From the NCBI GenBank assembly GCA_943841885.1, contig CALSZZ010000004.1:133894-197893 (forward strand): a stretch of 64,000 nucleotides of DNA, given 5' to 3'. The translations under genes and the position numbers were made by a program. Below are positions 28,824 to 37,803 of the stretch, in pieces. Positions within the stretch are counted from its first letter, which is position 1. The number at the start of each line of letters is the position of its first letter. The notes under the pieces were generated by a model. It saw only the letters and a list, made by a program, of their open reading frames with translations. It was not told where the DNA came from and did no database searches. This DNA is from Candidatus Thalassarchaeaceae archaeon (GTDB taxonomy: Archaea > Thermoplasmatota > Poseidoniia > Poseidoniales > Thalassarchaeaceae).

Positions 28824-30566
28824 TTAAATATTATTCAAAACAGGACTCTCATCACAATGGAAAAACGTCAGAAGAGCCCACCATGTTATCATATCCAAAC
28901 TATTTACTAAATTTGCAACACCAGTATTTTCATCTCCATACCCCTTTCCCATTGTATCCATCCATTCTTCCATTTCTTCTAATGTATCACAAGTCTGATG
29001 ATAACACCAATATCCATCCACTAAACCACCATAGCCAACAGTTACAGTACCTAAATTATCTTGGAAGCTAGCATGATCACTTCTTGCAGTTGTATCTTCA
29101 TATACTATAATTTCAGGTCTATCCATATCTAACCAAACGTTTGTTTTCCATGTTTCTGCTGTATAATTTAATCCAACCAATGTCCCCATTTGTTCTTCTA
29201 GGCCGAGAGCATCAGAACCAATCCAATTGGATAGACCGACCATCTCTGGTTGGTCTAATTTGTCATGATTAGGGCCAGGACCAATGTAAACTCTCATTGG
29301 CCAAACCTCATCATCCTTTGGATATCCATCTTCATCAATAGCAGGATCAGGATCGCCGTGGGGTGCTCCACCTCCTCCCGGCCAATTTACTCCTGCCATA
29401 TCTAAGTTAATATAATTCGTAACTACTACATCGGGATTGTCTTCTTTAACATAATAATCTGTCCAGTAATCAGATCCTCTTTTACCACCTTCTTCACCAG
29501 ACCAAAGGCAGAAAACCATGGTTCTCCTACTTTCAAATTCAGATAGTGCTCTCGCCGTCTCTAAAACCATTGACGTACCTGCCGAATTATCATAAGCACC
29601 AACCCTAGTCCCATAAGTACGCTGTCCCGTTATATGAGGATCCAAAAGAACTGCATTTGCTGGCGGAGCAACATCAAAATGTGCTCCAAAAACTAACCAT
29701 TCATTGGTTACTTCTGAACCCCATTTATACGCACAGACATTGTAGGATTCTGGATTTTGATTACCAAATATATCAGTAAACTCAAACCTATGAGATTTTA
29801 CATCAAGACCAAAATCAGTTAATTCATCTATTAAATACAAAGCCGCATCTTCATATGCTGGATTACCTTGCCCTGCCCATCTATCATAATATCCATTTTT
29901 ACCATCAATGACATCAAATGAATCTGTTGGATCTGTTATTTCAAATAACCTATCATAAACAGTTCTACCATCAACAAGACCACTAGAATAAACACCGCCT
30001 TCGGGAACACCAACACTCATGGTTCTCTCTATAAGTATTGATTTGAAAATGACGGGACCTCCGGTATTGATACTATTATTCACATAATCATATGAATTAT
30101 TTCCATCCGCAGCCACTCTTTCAATGCCGTTATATGAATTTCCGGTATTACCGCCTCTATCTTTCCACGAATTCCAAGATTCATCATCACCTCTTATTGG
30201 CCAATATTTTCTACCTTCTTCACCAATCATAAATATCATTGATTCTATTCGCGGAGGAACTAGAATTGACAATTCTTTAGTTTCTCCACTGGATAAGTCA
30301 AAAATAGTTGAATTTTGCACATAACCTGTGACTTCATCTTTTATCAAATAAGGAATAAAAATGGACATATCTGAGGTAGAGCGAAATTCAAAATCTTGAA
30401 AAAATCCTCCTTGAGCAATTTCATTGCCTATAATTTCAATAAGAAGACTATCTGCATTGAGATTTTCATCATTAGGTTCTAGACATCCGCTCAAGGGCGC
30501 ACCCAAGATAGTTGTCACAAGTAATAAAGCAATTATGGGTTTAGAATTATTCATTTTTGAAAACAT
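28824..30566 (-). CDS. Secreted M28-family zinc aminopeptidase with an N-terminal accessory domain
   Basis: Has a signal peptide with lipobox-like LSGC and M28 metal-ligand regions (FGAHFDV..., NSAGTS..., FCLWSGEEGGKRGSDYW). Confidence 0.7.
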   Translation of the reverse strand: MFSKMNNSKPIIALLLVTTILGAPLSGCLEPNDENLNADSLLIEIIGNEIAQGGFFQDFEFRSTSDMSIFIPYLIKDEVTGYVQNSTIFDLSSGETKELSILVPPRIESMIFMIGEEGRKYWPIRGDDESWNSWKDRGGNTGNSYNGIERVAADGNNSYDYVNNSINTGGPVIFKSILIERTMSVGVPEGGVYSSGLVDGRTVYDRLFEITDPTDSFDVIDGKNGYYDRWAGQGNPAYEDAALYLIDELTDFGLDVKSHRFEFTDIFGNQNPESYNVCAYKWGSEVTNEWLVFGAHFDVAPPANAVLLDPHITGQRTYGTRVGAYDNSAGTSMVLETARALSEFESRRTMVFCLWSGEEGGKRGSDYWTDYYVKEDNPDVVVTNYINLDMAGVNWPGGGGAPHGDPDPAIDEDGYPKDDEVWPMRVYIGPGPNHDKLDQPEMVGLSNWIGSDALGLEEQMGTLVGLNYTAETWKTNVWLDMDRPEIIVYEDTTARSDHASFQDNLGTVTVGYGGLVDGYWCYHQTCDTLEEMEEWMDTMGKGYGDENTGVANLVNSLDMITWWALLTFFHCDESPVLNNI

Positions 30567-33500
30567 TCAAACACTAACTCTTTTTTTAACAGTAATATTA
30601 CTATCTGAAACTTTAATCACTTCAATACTCGGATCGGTATTGATTGGTATGTATTTATTTTCGGTTGCTTCAGCTTCAATTAATTTAATTTCCGCTGCTC
30701 TTCGCTTTTTCTTCTTTTTCTTCATTCTTACTCTTATTCTCCAGGCAATAAACAAAAACTGGATTAAAATATACGGTAAAAGTTGTATTAAAATCCATTG
30801 CCATCCAATTACTAAATTAAAACTTAAACTATCATCAATATCTGAAGAGGCCCTATAATTAATCATCTGTCTACCATCGTCCCCTATATCTACAGAAACT
30901 TCACTCCTAGCAGAAAATACATCTTCCAAATAAATTCCTAAAGGTAATTTTAAGGATAAATCCATCGGTATTCCAATAGAATTACTACTTGGTACAGTTG
31001 TTGACATATCTTTTAATGTGAAACCGTCACTTGACGCAGAAATTGCCATTACTGCAATGGTTCCAGTTAAACTATCCATTGCGCTCATCATTGAATTCAT
31101 AATAGGATTTACTAAATTATTAATTAGCTTTGGCGCGTCAATATCTATTTGTAATTCATCAGTACCTCCGCCATTAATCATTCCAAAAATTTCTCCCCAA
31201 CTGTTACCGACTCCAATTGTAGTTCTCACCTTAGGTATATTAATTGCCAAACTTATACCATCTGAATCTCCAATAATATTATCATTATCCACTAATCCTC
31301 CTAATGTCGTATTTATTTGGAAACCTTCAAGATTGATGTTACCTATTACAGAATTTGTACTTAATTCTGACTTGATTAGACTAGTTATGCTTTCACCAAA
31401 TTTATTTGTGAATACTGTCAAACCATCTGTTGTAAATTCAATTTCCTGATCTTGCTTGCATATATCTATTGAATTGTCATCACATAAAGAAAAGGAAGTT
31501 GAATAAGGCTCCTCGCCCCTATCTGCAATATCTAAAATTAATTTCAGAAGATCAGCAGGAAGTACTGGTAAAGAAATTTCAGTATCTTCACTATTCATTG
31601 ATTCCAATAAAGAACCCGGCACGGCTATTCTATGAATTGCTAAATCAATATTCAAACTAAATTCAATAGTAATACCTTTCTGTAATTCAGAGAATGAATA
31701 TTCTGAAACATCTAGGTTTACAACCGATCTTTGACATGATTTTTCTGTCGACTTACAAAACACATCTGGACTTTCATCATTACAGGGTACAGTATTGGAA
31801 GAACATAGTGCATGGTTCCAGTCAAATGAACTTGACCCAGTAAGACCAAAATCACCTACATGTTGTCCATTTAATTTATGGGATAGAGTTACCGAAGACT
31901 CACCATTTACATTCTGAGCCCACGTTGGTAATATCAATTCTAAATTGATTTCACTTTTCTCTATGCCAGAAGGCTTCATAGCCCCAAGAAAATCTGGATC
32001 CAGAATAGTCTCAAAAGACATCCCACTGTTAACTATCTTTTCCAAATCATCTTGATTAATACCACTAAGAAAAGACAAATCACCTAGTTTATCACCAATC
32101 AAATCACTTAAGCTTAATTGGAAGGGCTGACTTGTACTCTGCAAAAAAACTGGATGAGCATTCCCCATCGCAGCATCTCCCTCCATGCAATAAAATGACC
32201 CCGACTCTCCACAATCTACCAATGTATGAATATAATTTAATCCTCCTTGCCCTAGATTCGGATTACCACTTCCATCCAAAATCCATTCAAAATTACCCAT
32301 TTGTACTTCTAAACCAGGTATTGTTTCAGACAATGCATCGCCAACACTACTTACAGGGAAATTACTAGATATCGTATCTAAATTAATTAGACCATTGTGG
32401 TGTGCCATCCTTATCCCATCAGATGTTACTACAGGAATAGAACCTTTTCCATTAGGTATTAAATTTAGACCATCTACTGAAGATGTTTCTATATGATTTA
32501 TTTGTGCAACTAAGTCAATAGTTGCAGCATTTTCATTTGATAAATCTAAAATAACGTTGAAATCTAGTGCTTTATCTTCTTGATTTAGAGTGAACGCACT
32601 CGTAGATACATTATTTCTAAAACCTAGAGTAAATTCTAAATCTCCTGAATAACTAGAGCCGAGATTCAAATTATTAGATTCCCATTTTGCTGAGTTATAT
32701 GGAAATGACCCACTATTAATTATTTTTTCACTGACTATTCCACCCGTTGAAACTACTGTTGCATATGGCGGCGGCTCTATGTAGTAAGTACTCTTATGAC
32801 CAGAATCTACAGATATAGGAAACTCTGTAGTAACCAATCCCCCCATTATCAATAATGATTTATATGCACTCTCAAGATTCAAATTAGGATTAGAATTGAG
32901 ATTAAATTTACTCGGTGATATACTAATATCTACATTGGTTTGAATACATATAGGGGGCGAGTATGCATTACCATCATCATCAGATTCTCTATCTGTACCA
33001 CAACTAACAGTCTCTTCCTCATTTTCTATTTGACTCGCCCAGGATGTCGTCGGTGTAGAAGCACTACCTAAGGAATTGAGAAGATCTCCAATACTATTAT
33101 TGATTTCTCCCATTAATTTATCCTTTACTGGCTCTGAACCTATTTCGCCGTCCCAAGGCTCATCCCAAGAATTTCGAATTACATCTGCAGGAATACCATC
33201 TCCGGCAAATATATTATCATTCTGTAGTGCTTGATTGGCGATAGCACCAGAGAAACCCAAAGGCGTCCTGTCATATTCATAAATTGCCCAAGTAGCACTT
33301 AATTGCATCATACCAGTATCTACCATTGTTATGGAATAAATGCCTTCTATCCACGACTCCTGAGATGATTCATCATCAGCATCACTTACAGCATCACAAA
33401 ATCCACTATTTAATTCTGAACAGATATCTAAATCATCTGTACTATTTTCTACTTCTCCATTTACTGCAGGAAAAAACAACTGCATCAAAAAAATAATTGT

Positions 33501-33581
33501 CAAAATTGTAGCCAAATTATACTTTAATTTTTCGTGATTAGAACGAGTAGATTTTGATGCTAGCCGCTCAACCATATCCAA
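30567..33581 (-). CDS. Large (1004 aa) Asn/Ser/Gly-rich cell-surface protein, type I membrane topology
   Basis: Has an N-terminal signal peptide (ILTIIFLMQLFFPAVNG), a long polar ectodomain, one C-terminal TM helix, then KKKKKKRRAAE and a short cytoplasmic tail. Its stop abuts the M28 gene start. Confidence 0.55.
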   Translation of the reverse strand: MDMVERLASKSTRSNHEKLKYNLATILTIIFLMQLFFPAVNGEVENSTDDLDICSELNSGFCDAVSDADDESSQESWIEGIYSITMVDTGMMQLSATWAIYEYDRTPLGFSGAIANQALQNDNIFAGDGIPADVIRNSWDEPWDGEIGSEPVKDKLMGEINNSIGDLLNSLGSASTPTTSWASQIENEEETVSCGTDRESDDDGNAYSPPICIQTNVDISISPSKFNLNSNPNLNLESAYKSLLIMGGLVTTEFPISVDSGHKSTYYIEPPPYATVVSTGGIVSEKIINSGSFPYNSAKWESNNLNLGSSYSGDLEFTLGFRNNVSTSAFTLNQEDKALDFNVILDLSNENAATIDLVAQINHIETSSVDGLNLIPNGKGSIPVVTSDGIRMAHHNGLINLDTISSNFPVSSVGDALSETIPGLEVQMGNFEWILDGSGNPNLGQGGLNYIHTLVDCGESGSFYCMEGDAAMGNAHPVFLQSTSQPFQLSLSDLIGDKLGDLSFLSGINQDDLEKIVNSGMSFETILDPDFLGAMKPSGIEKSEINLELILPTWAQNVNGESSVTLSHKLNGQHVGDFGLTGSSSFDWNHALCSSNTVPCNDESPDVFCKSTEKSCQRSVVNLDVSEYSFSELQKGITIEFSLNIDLAIHRIAVPGSLLESMNSEDTEISLPVLPADLLKLILDIADRGEEPYSTSFSLCDDNSIDICKQDQEIEFTTDGLTVFTNKFGESITSLIKSELSTNSVIGNINLEGFQINTTLGGLVDNDNIIGDSDGISLAINIPKVRTTIGVGNSWGEIFGMINGGGTDELQIDIDAPKLINNLVNPIMNSMMSAMDSLTGTIAVMAISASSDGFTLKDMSTTVPSSNSIGIPMDLSLKLPLGIYLEDVFSARSEVSVDIGDDGRQMINYRASSDIDDSLSFNLVIGWQWILIQLLPYILIQFLFIAWRIRVRMKKKKKKRRAAEIKLIEAEATENKYIPINTDPSIEVIKVSDSNITVKKRVSV

Positions 33582-33709
33582 TGACTCTAAAGAGTCATTA
33601 ATCTATCATTCGGTATTAGGATTCATTTCTTGAATTATTCTCTGATATTATTAATCATTTATCAACCATAAGCGAGGAGTTCAAACCATCTGTCTTCTTC
33701 GATTCGACT

Positions 33710-34846
33710 ATGCCTAGTTGGTTAATATCAAATGCACCCCGAACATTTGATGAAATAGCCATACCAAAGAATATACGAAAGACTTTGAAAGCGGCTAGCC
33801 TTTCTTCGGATCCACCCCATTTGCTAATTACTGGGCCTCCAGGAGTAGGAAAAACAACCTCATGGAAATTATATGCAAGACAAATTCTTGGCCCCGGTTG
33901 GAAGTCAACTACACACATTCTACAATGTAGGGATTTACTTAGACAAAAAGGTGCAATGGCTAAATTTGAAGAATTTTTAAGACCGGGCGGGAACTCTTCA
34001 GATACACTAGCAGGTATGCTAAGTCTTGACTCCTTTGACAGAGGAATAATCACAATGCAAGAAGGAGATATTCCCCCAGCAGGAAAAGAAATAGAAATAG
34101 AAGATAATAAAACACCAATCAGTAGACTCATTATTTTAGAAGATGCCGATTACTTAGGCCATATAAGACAATCATATTTACGTAGAATGATGGAAACTGT
34201 AGGCAATGCTTCGAGATTTATATTAGTCACTCGGGCACCTTCAAGGATAATTGATGCTCTGAGATCCAGAGCTCAAATGATCAGGATACCTTCCACAGAA
34301 AAAGATACTATTTTAGAAACATTAAGAGTAATTTCAGCAAATAATTTTTGCAATCCTGAAGATGGAGTTTTGGAAGATATTACATATATATCTGAAGGAA
34401 ATCTTAGAAAAGCAATTTTTACACTAGAATTGTTAGATATCAGAAAATTAACTAGTGACCGTGCCGCAGTACATAATTTGATACAAGCATCGACCCTACA
34501 ATCGAGTAGACACTTATTAGAAATGGCCCTTAGAGGAGTTGTTGTAGAATGGCGTTGGGAAAATAAGGGCGGGAAGAAGAAAAAACTACTATCTGGTGCC
34601 ATATCTGAAATTGATAATTTGATGAATAAACATGGACTTGATTCAGATGATATTGTCAACCAACTACACGAAGTAATAGTAGGTCGGAGACTTTCCCTAC
34701 CTCATATTCTTAGATCGGAAATATTGGAAGCACTTGCAATATGTGATACATCGATACGTAGATCAACTTACGCAAGGATTCATTTTGAAAACTTTCTTCA
34801 TAAAGTTGCTAAGTCAGCAAAACAACATGGACTTGCGTTTGGCTAA
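33710..34846 (+). CDS. Replication factor C small-subunit-like AAA+ clamp-loader protein (divergent)
   Basis: The RFC box II-III equivalent is present (APRTFDEIAIPKN...HLLITGPPGVGKTT). Walker B is ILEDAD instead of DEAD, and the SRC motif is replaced by SRAQ. Confidence 0.6.
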   Translation: MPSWLISNAPRTFDEIAIPKNIRKTLKAASLSSDPPHLLITGPPGVGKTTSWKLYARQILGPGWKSTTHILQCRDLLRQKGAMAKFEEFLRPGGNSSDTLAGMLSLDSFDRGIITMQEGDIPPAGKEIEIEDNKTPISRLIILEDADYLGHIRQSYLRRMMETVGNASRFILVTRAPSRIIDALRSRAQMIRIPSTEKDTILETLRVISANNFCNPEDGVLEDITYISEGNLRKAIFTLELLDIRKLTSDRAAVHNLIQASTLQSSRHLLEMALRGVVVEWRWENKGGKKKKLLSGAISEIDNLMNKHGLDSDDIVNQLHEVIVGRRLSLPHILRSEILEALAICDTSIRRSTYARIHFENFLHKVAKSAKQHGLAFG

Positions 34847-34893
34847 CTATATTACCCTAAGTCTTGAGTATTAACACCTAGTGAGGTATCATA

Positions 34894-35649
34894 ATGTACC
34901 GTGCTGGTAACCCTGCTCTTTCTGACTCAACTTTTGATAAAAATGCATATAAAGATACTAATTGGTGGGAAACCGAGTCTTCAAATCAAATGACAATAGA
35001 AGGAGTTTCAGAGAAGACTGCAATTCTTTTGATAGTCACAGCAACCTCTGCAATAGCAACTGCTATGATGATGCCAGAAGCTACTTTACTAATGATAATT
35101 GGATTCATTGGCTCTATCATTTGTAGTATTATAGTTGTATTTCAAAAATCAGTCAATCCAATATTAATCTTTACTTATGCGATTTTTGAAGGTTTTTTGT
35201 TGGGAGGATTTACTTGGATAATAGAAAACCAAACTGGAATTACTGGTTTGGGTTTATTGGCCGCCCTTTTGACATTTTTAATCCTTGGAGTTATGATTAC
35301 AATATACAGACTCGGGCTAATTCATTGGGATAAAAATATGCAAATAGCAGTCAGTTCTGCTGTATTTGCGATAATGTTACTGTATATTATTTCATTTTTA
35401 GGAGTATTTATTGGTTTTGAAGTCCCCATTATTCATGATTCAACACCTATTGGTATACTATTTTCAGTTTTTGTCGTGGGGATAGCAACATTAACTTTAG
35501 TTGCAGATTTTGATTTTATTGAGAGAGGAGTATTACGTGGTGCTCCGAAGCAACTTGAATGGAGGGCAGCCTTCGGCCTTCTTGTATCACTAGCGTGGCT
35601 TTATTTTGAAATAGTTAGGTTATTAGGAAAAGTATTTTTAAGGGATTAA
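34894..35649 (+). CDS. Bax inhibitor-1 / YccA family membrane protein
   Basis: Has 7 TM helices. The C-terminal VADFDFIERG...LYFEIVRLL resembles the BI-1/YccA signature. Confidence 0.55.
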   Translation: MYRAGNPALSDSTFDKNAYKDTNWWETESSNQMTIEGVSEKTAILLIVTATSAIATAMMMPEATLLMIIGFIGSIICSIIVVFQKSVNPILIFTYAIFEGFLLGGFTWIIENQTGITGLGLLAALLTFLILGVMITIYRLGLIHWDKNMQIAVSSAVFAIMLLYIISFLGVFIGFEVPIIHDSTPIGILFSVFVVGIATLTLVADFDFIERGVLRGAPKQLEWRAAFGLLVSLAWLYFEIVRLLGKVFLRD

Positions 35650-35650
35650 A

Positions 35651-36292
35651 TTGGATTTCAATTTAATTTTAGGAGTAATATTTTTTGGCAGTACTCTTGG
35701 AATAATAGAAGGAATAAAGCCTGGACCATTACTGACCATGGTAATACGTGAAACACTCTCTGGAGGGTTAAAAGCGGGTATTAGAACAGCTTCTGCCCCC
35801 ATATTTACTGATGGTCCATTGATAATAATTAGTCTAATTACTGCAAATTGGCTTGCATCTAACCAAGCTTTTCTCGGAATAATTTCTATTCTTGGTGCTA
35901 TATTCTTAGTAAAAATGGGGTTTGAATGTTTTATAATTGAACCTCCAACAGTAGATATTCAGAATTATGACTATAAATCATCATTCAAAAAAGGTATTTT
36001 AACTAATTTATTAAATCCTAATGTATACATGTTTTGGTTCTTAATTGGTGGTCCAATAATGGCTTCGACAGCAGTCAAAGAACCACTAGCACCAATTGGT
36101 TACGCGATTTCTTTTTTACTTTCAATAATAATTGTTAAGATAATAATAGCATATATATTTGATAAAACTAGAGGTAAATTATCAGTTTCTTTCTATAAAA
36201 GAAGCCTTTTAATATGCGGAATTGCAATGATCATATTTGCATTTGGTTATCTATACCAAGCTTATCAGATTCTTCGACAATTATTCTTTTAG
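35651..36292 (+). CDS. LysE/RhtB-type amino-acid exporter
   Basis: About 210 aa with 6 TM helices and a LysE-like N-terminus. Confidence 0.55.
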   Translation: MDFNLILGVIFFGSTLGIIEGIKPGPLLTMVIRETLSGGLKAGIRTASAPIFTDGPLIIISLITANWLASNQAFLGIISILGAIFLVKMGFECFIIEPPTVDIQNYDYKSSFKKGILTNLLNPNVYMFWFLIGGPIMASTAVKEPLAPIGYAISFLLSIIIVKIIIAYIFDKTRGKLSVSFYKRSLLICGIAMIIFAFGYLYQAYQILRQLFF

Positions 36293-36301
36293 AATATTAT
36301 C

Positions 36302-37753
36302 TTATAATGTAGAAAAACCACCTTCAGGAAGAGGATTAAGTGGAATTGTAGATTCCCTCAGACTCGGGCCGATCATCATCGTACCATATATTCCTTGATC
36401 TACAATATTATGTGAAAGACCAAACCAAGGCCTTCCATGTTTATCAACAAGAATATCTATAAAATCCCCAAAACCTCCACATCTATTGTACCCACAATCA
36501 ACTTCAGTATCGAGAGGGTCACCAAAATCGTTTACCTGAACTGTAGTGATAAGAGGCGTTTGGGAAAAAGCATCAGTCATCACCGAAATATATCCATTCC
36601 ATGTGTCTCCTCCAGAATCACCTAAGTATGCAAAAGCAACTCTTCCAGAATCTCCTGCAGCTACAGCAGGAAAACCAGTTCCATTTAGGCCAATTGGCGG
36701 AGCTATCATCATTGGGGCACTCCAAGTATCTCCGGTATCAAACGAATATGAATAATAGGGCATATCATCTACACCCATCCACATCGCATGAAGATTGTCA
36801 CTTTCATCTGGATATACTTGTGCTTCTTCAGCATTCCAAGTTGCTGCCGTACCTGTGTCTTCTGTTGGAAGGACATGTTCCGTCCATGTTAAACCACCAT
36901 CAGTACTACGATATATCGAATATCCTTCTCCATCACAACTAGGATTTCCTCTGTAGAAATTACCATTATTAGATCCTACCATATGTCCAGTCAAACCTCC
37001 ACTATTACAATTAAGAGGGGAACCAGGAACTTCTGGCCCCCATGTTAAACCTCCATCATTACTCGTCGAGCAAAGAGGAGATGCCCAATTCCCATTAACA
37101 CAAAATACCCAGGTAGTTTCATGTAATAGGGCATTATAAGGAGATGAAGCGATAGTCTGATGATCTTGTACGGAATACCCTGTGGCAAATGATGCTAAAC
37201 CAAAAGGCCCCCAAGTCTCACCTTCATCATCTGACCATTCAACTGTCATACCTGCAAGGGCATGCATATCAAATTTCATTACTCTATCCGTCCAAGGATC
37301 AACATATACATAGGGATCATTACTATTAATTACAGAACCTTGATATGTATTTTCACATGTATAGTCCAATGTAACCATTTCAATCATATTTGAACACCTT
37401 ATTATTGCGGTAGAACCTCCAGGTCCATTCCCCCAACTAGTCATAAAAAGGTTATCAGCAGAAGTAATCCCAATTGTTGGCTCAAAAGTAGAAACTCCAA
37501 TCCCATAATATGTCCCTTTTGCACACACAGGAACATTTTCTCCGATTAAAATAGAATTAAGAACATCATTATCTATTGAAAGGATATTGGTAGAATTTGG
37601 AAAATGATACCATGTATTATTTGCAAAACCATCCGGACATATTTCATCTAAAATAGAAGATGACGATAACTCTTCAGATGATTCATTACTCAGACAACCC
37701 GATACTGTTGAAGATATAAACAAGAATACAATCAATGCTGCTAACGCCCTCAT
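36302..37753 (-). CDS. BNR (Asp-box) repeat lipoprotein with predicted beta-propeller fold, paralog 1
   Basis: Lipobox TVSGC. Asp-boxes SDDEGETWGP, SNDGGLTWGP, STDGGLTWTE and SFDTGDTWSA are present. The C-terminus reads PLPEGGFSTL. Confidence 0.65.
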   Translation of the reverse strand: MRALAALIVFLFISSTVSGCLSNESSEELSSSSILDEICPDGFANNTWYHFPNSTNILSIDNDVLNSILIGENVPVCAKGTYYGIGVSTFEPTIGITSADNLFMTSWGNGPGGSTAIIRCSNMIEMVTLDYTCENTYQGSVINSNDPYVYVDPWTDRVMKFDMHALAGMTVEWSDDEGETWGPFGLASFATGYSVQDHQTIASSPYNALLHETTWVFCVNGNWASPLCSTSNDGGLTWGPEVPGSPLNCNSGGLTGHMVGSNNGNFYRGNPSCDGEGYSIYRSTDGGLTWTEHVLPTEDTGTAATWNAEEAQVYPDESDNLHAMWMGVDDMPYYSYSFDTGDTWSAPMMIAPPIGLNGTGFPAVAAGDSGRVAFAYLGDSGGDTWNGYISVMTDAFSQTPLITTVQVNDFGDPLDTEVDCGYNRCGGFGDFIDILVDKHGRPWFGLSHNIVDQGIYGTMMIGPSLRESTIPLNPLPEGGFSTL

Positions 37754-37803
37754 AAATAACCCGCAACGCTAATTGTACATCATATGAACGGACAACTGTT
37801 CTG

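Noticed and set aside
28883-30324. Plus-strand ORFs 28883..29071 and 30124..30324
   Set aside because: They are antisense to the M28 peptidase.
30424-30858. 144-aa plus-strand ORF spanning the M28 / surface-protein junction
   Set aside because: It is antisense to both well-supported minus-strand genes. Its hydrophobic translation mirrors their TM and signal regions.
31018-32368. Plus-strand ORFs inside the 1004-aa gene
   Set aside because: They are antisense to the surface-protein gene.
33655-34131. 158-aa minus-strand ORF
   Set aside because: It is antisense to the RFC-like gene, which has clear P-loop and RFC-box motifs.
34273-34659. 128-aa minus-strand ORF
   Set aside because: It is antisense within the RFC-like gene.
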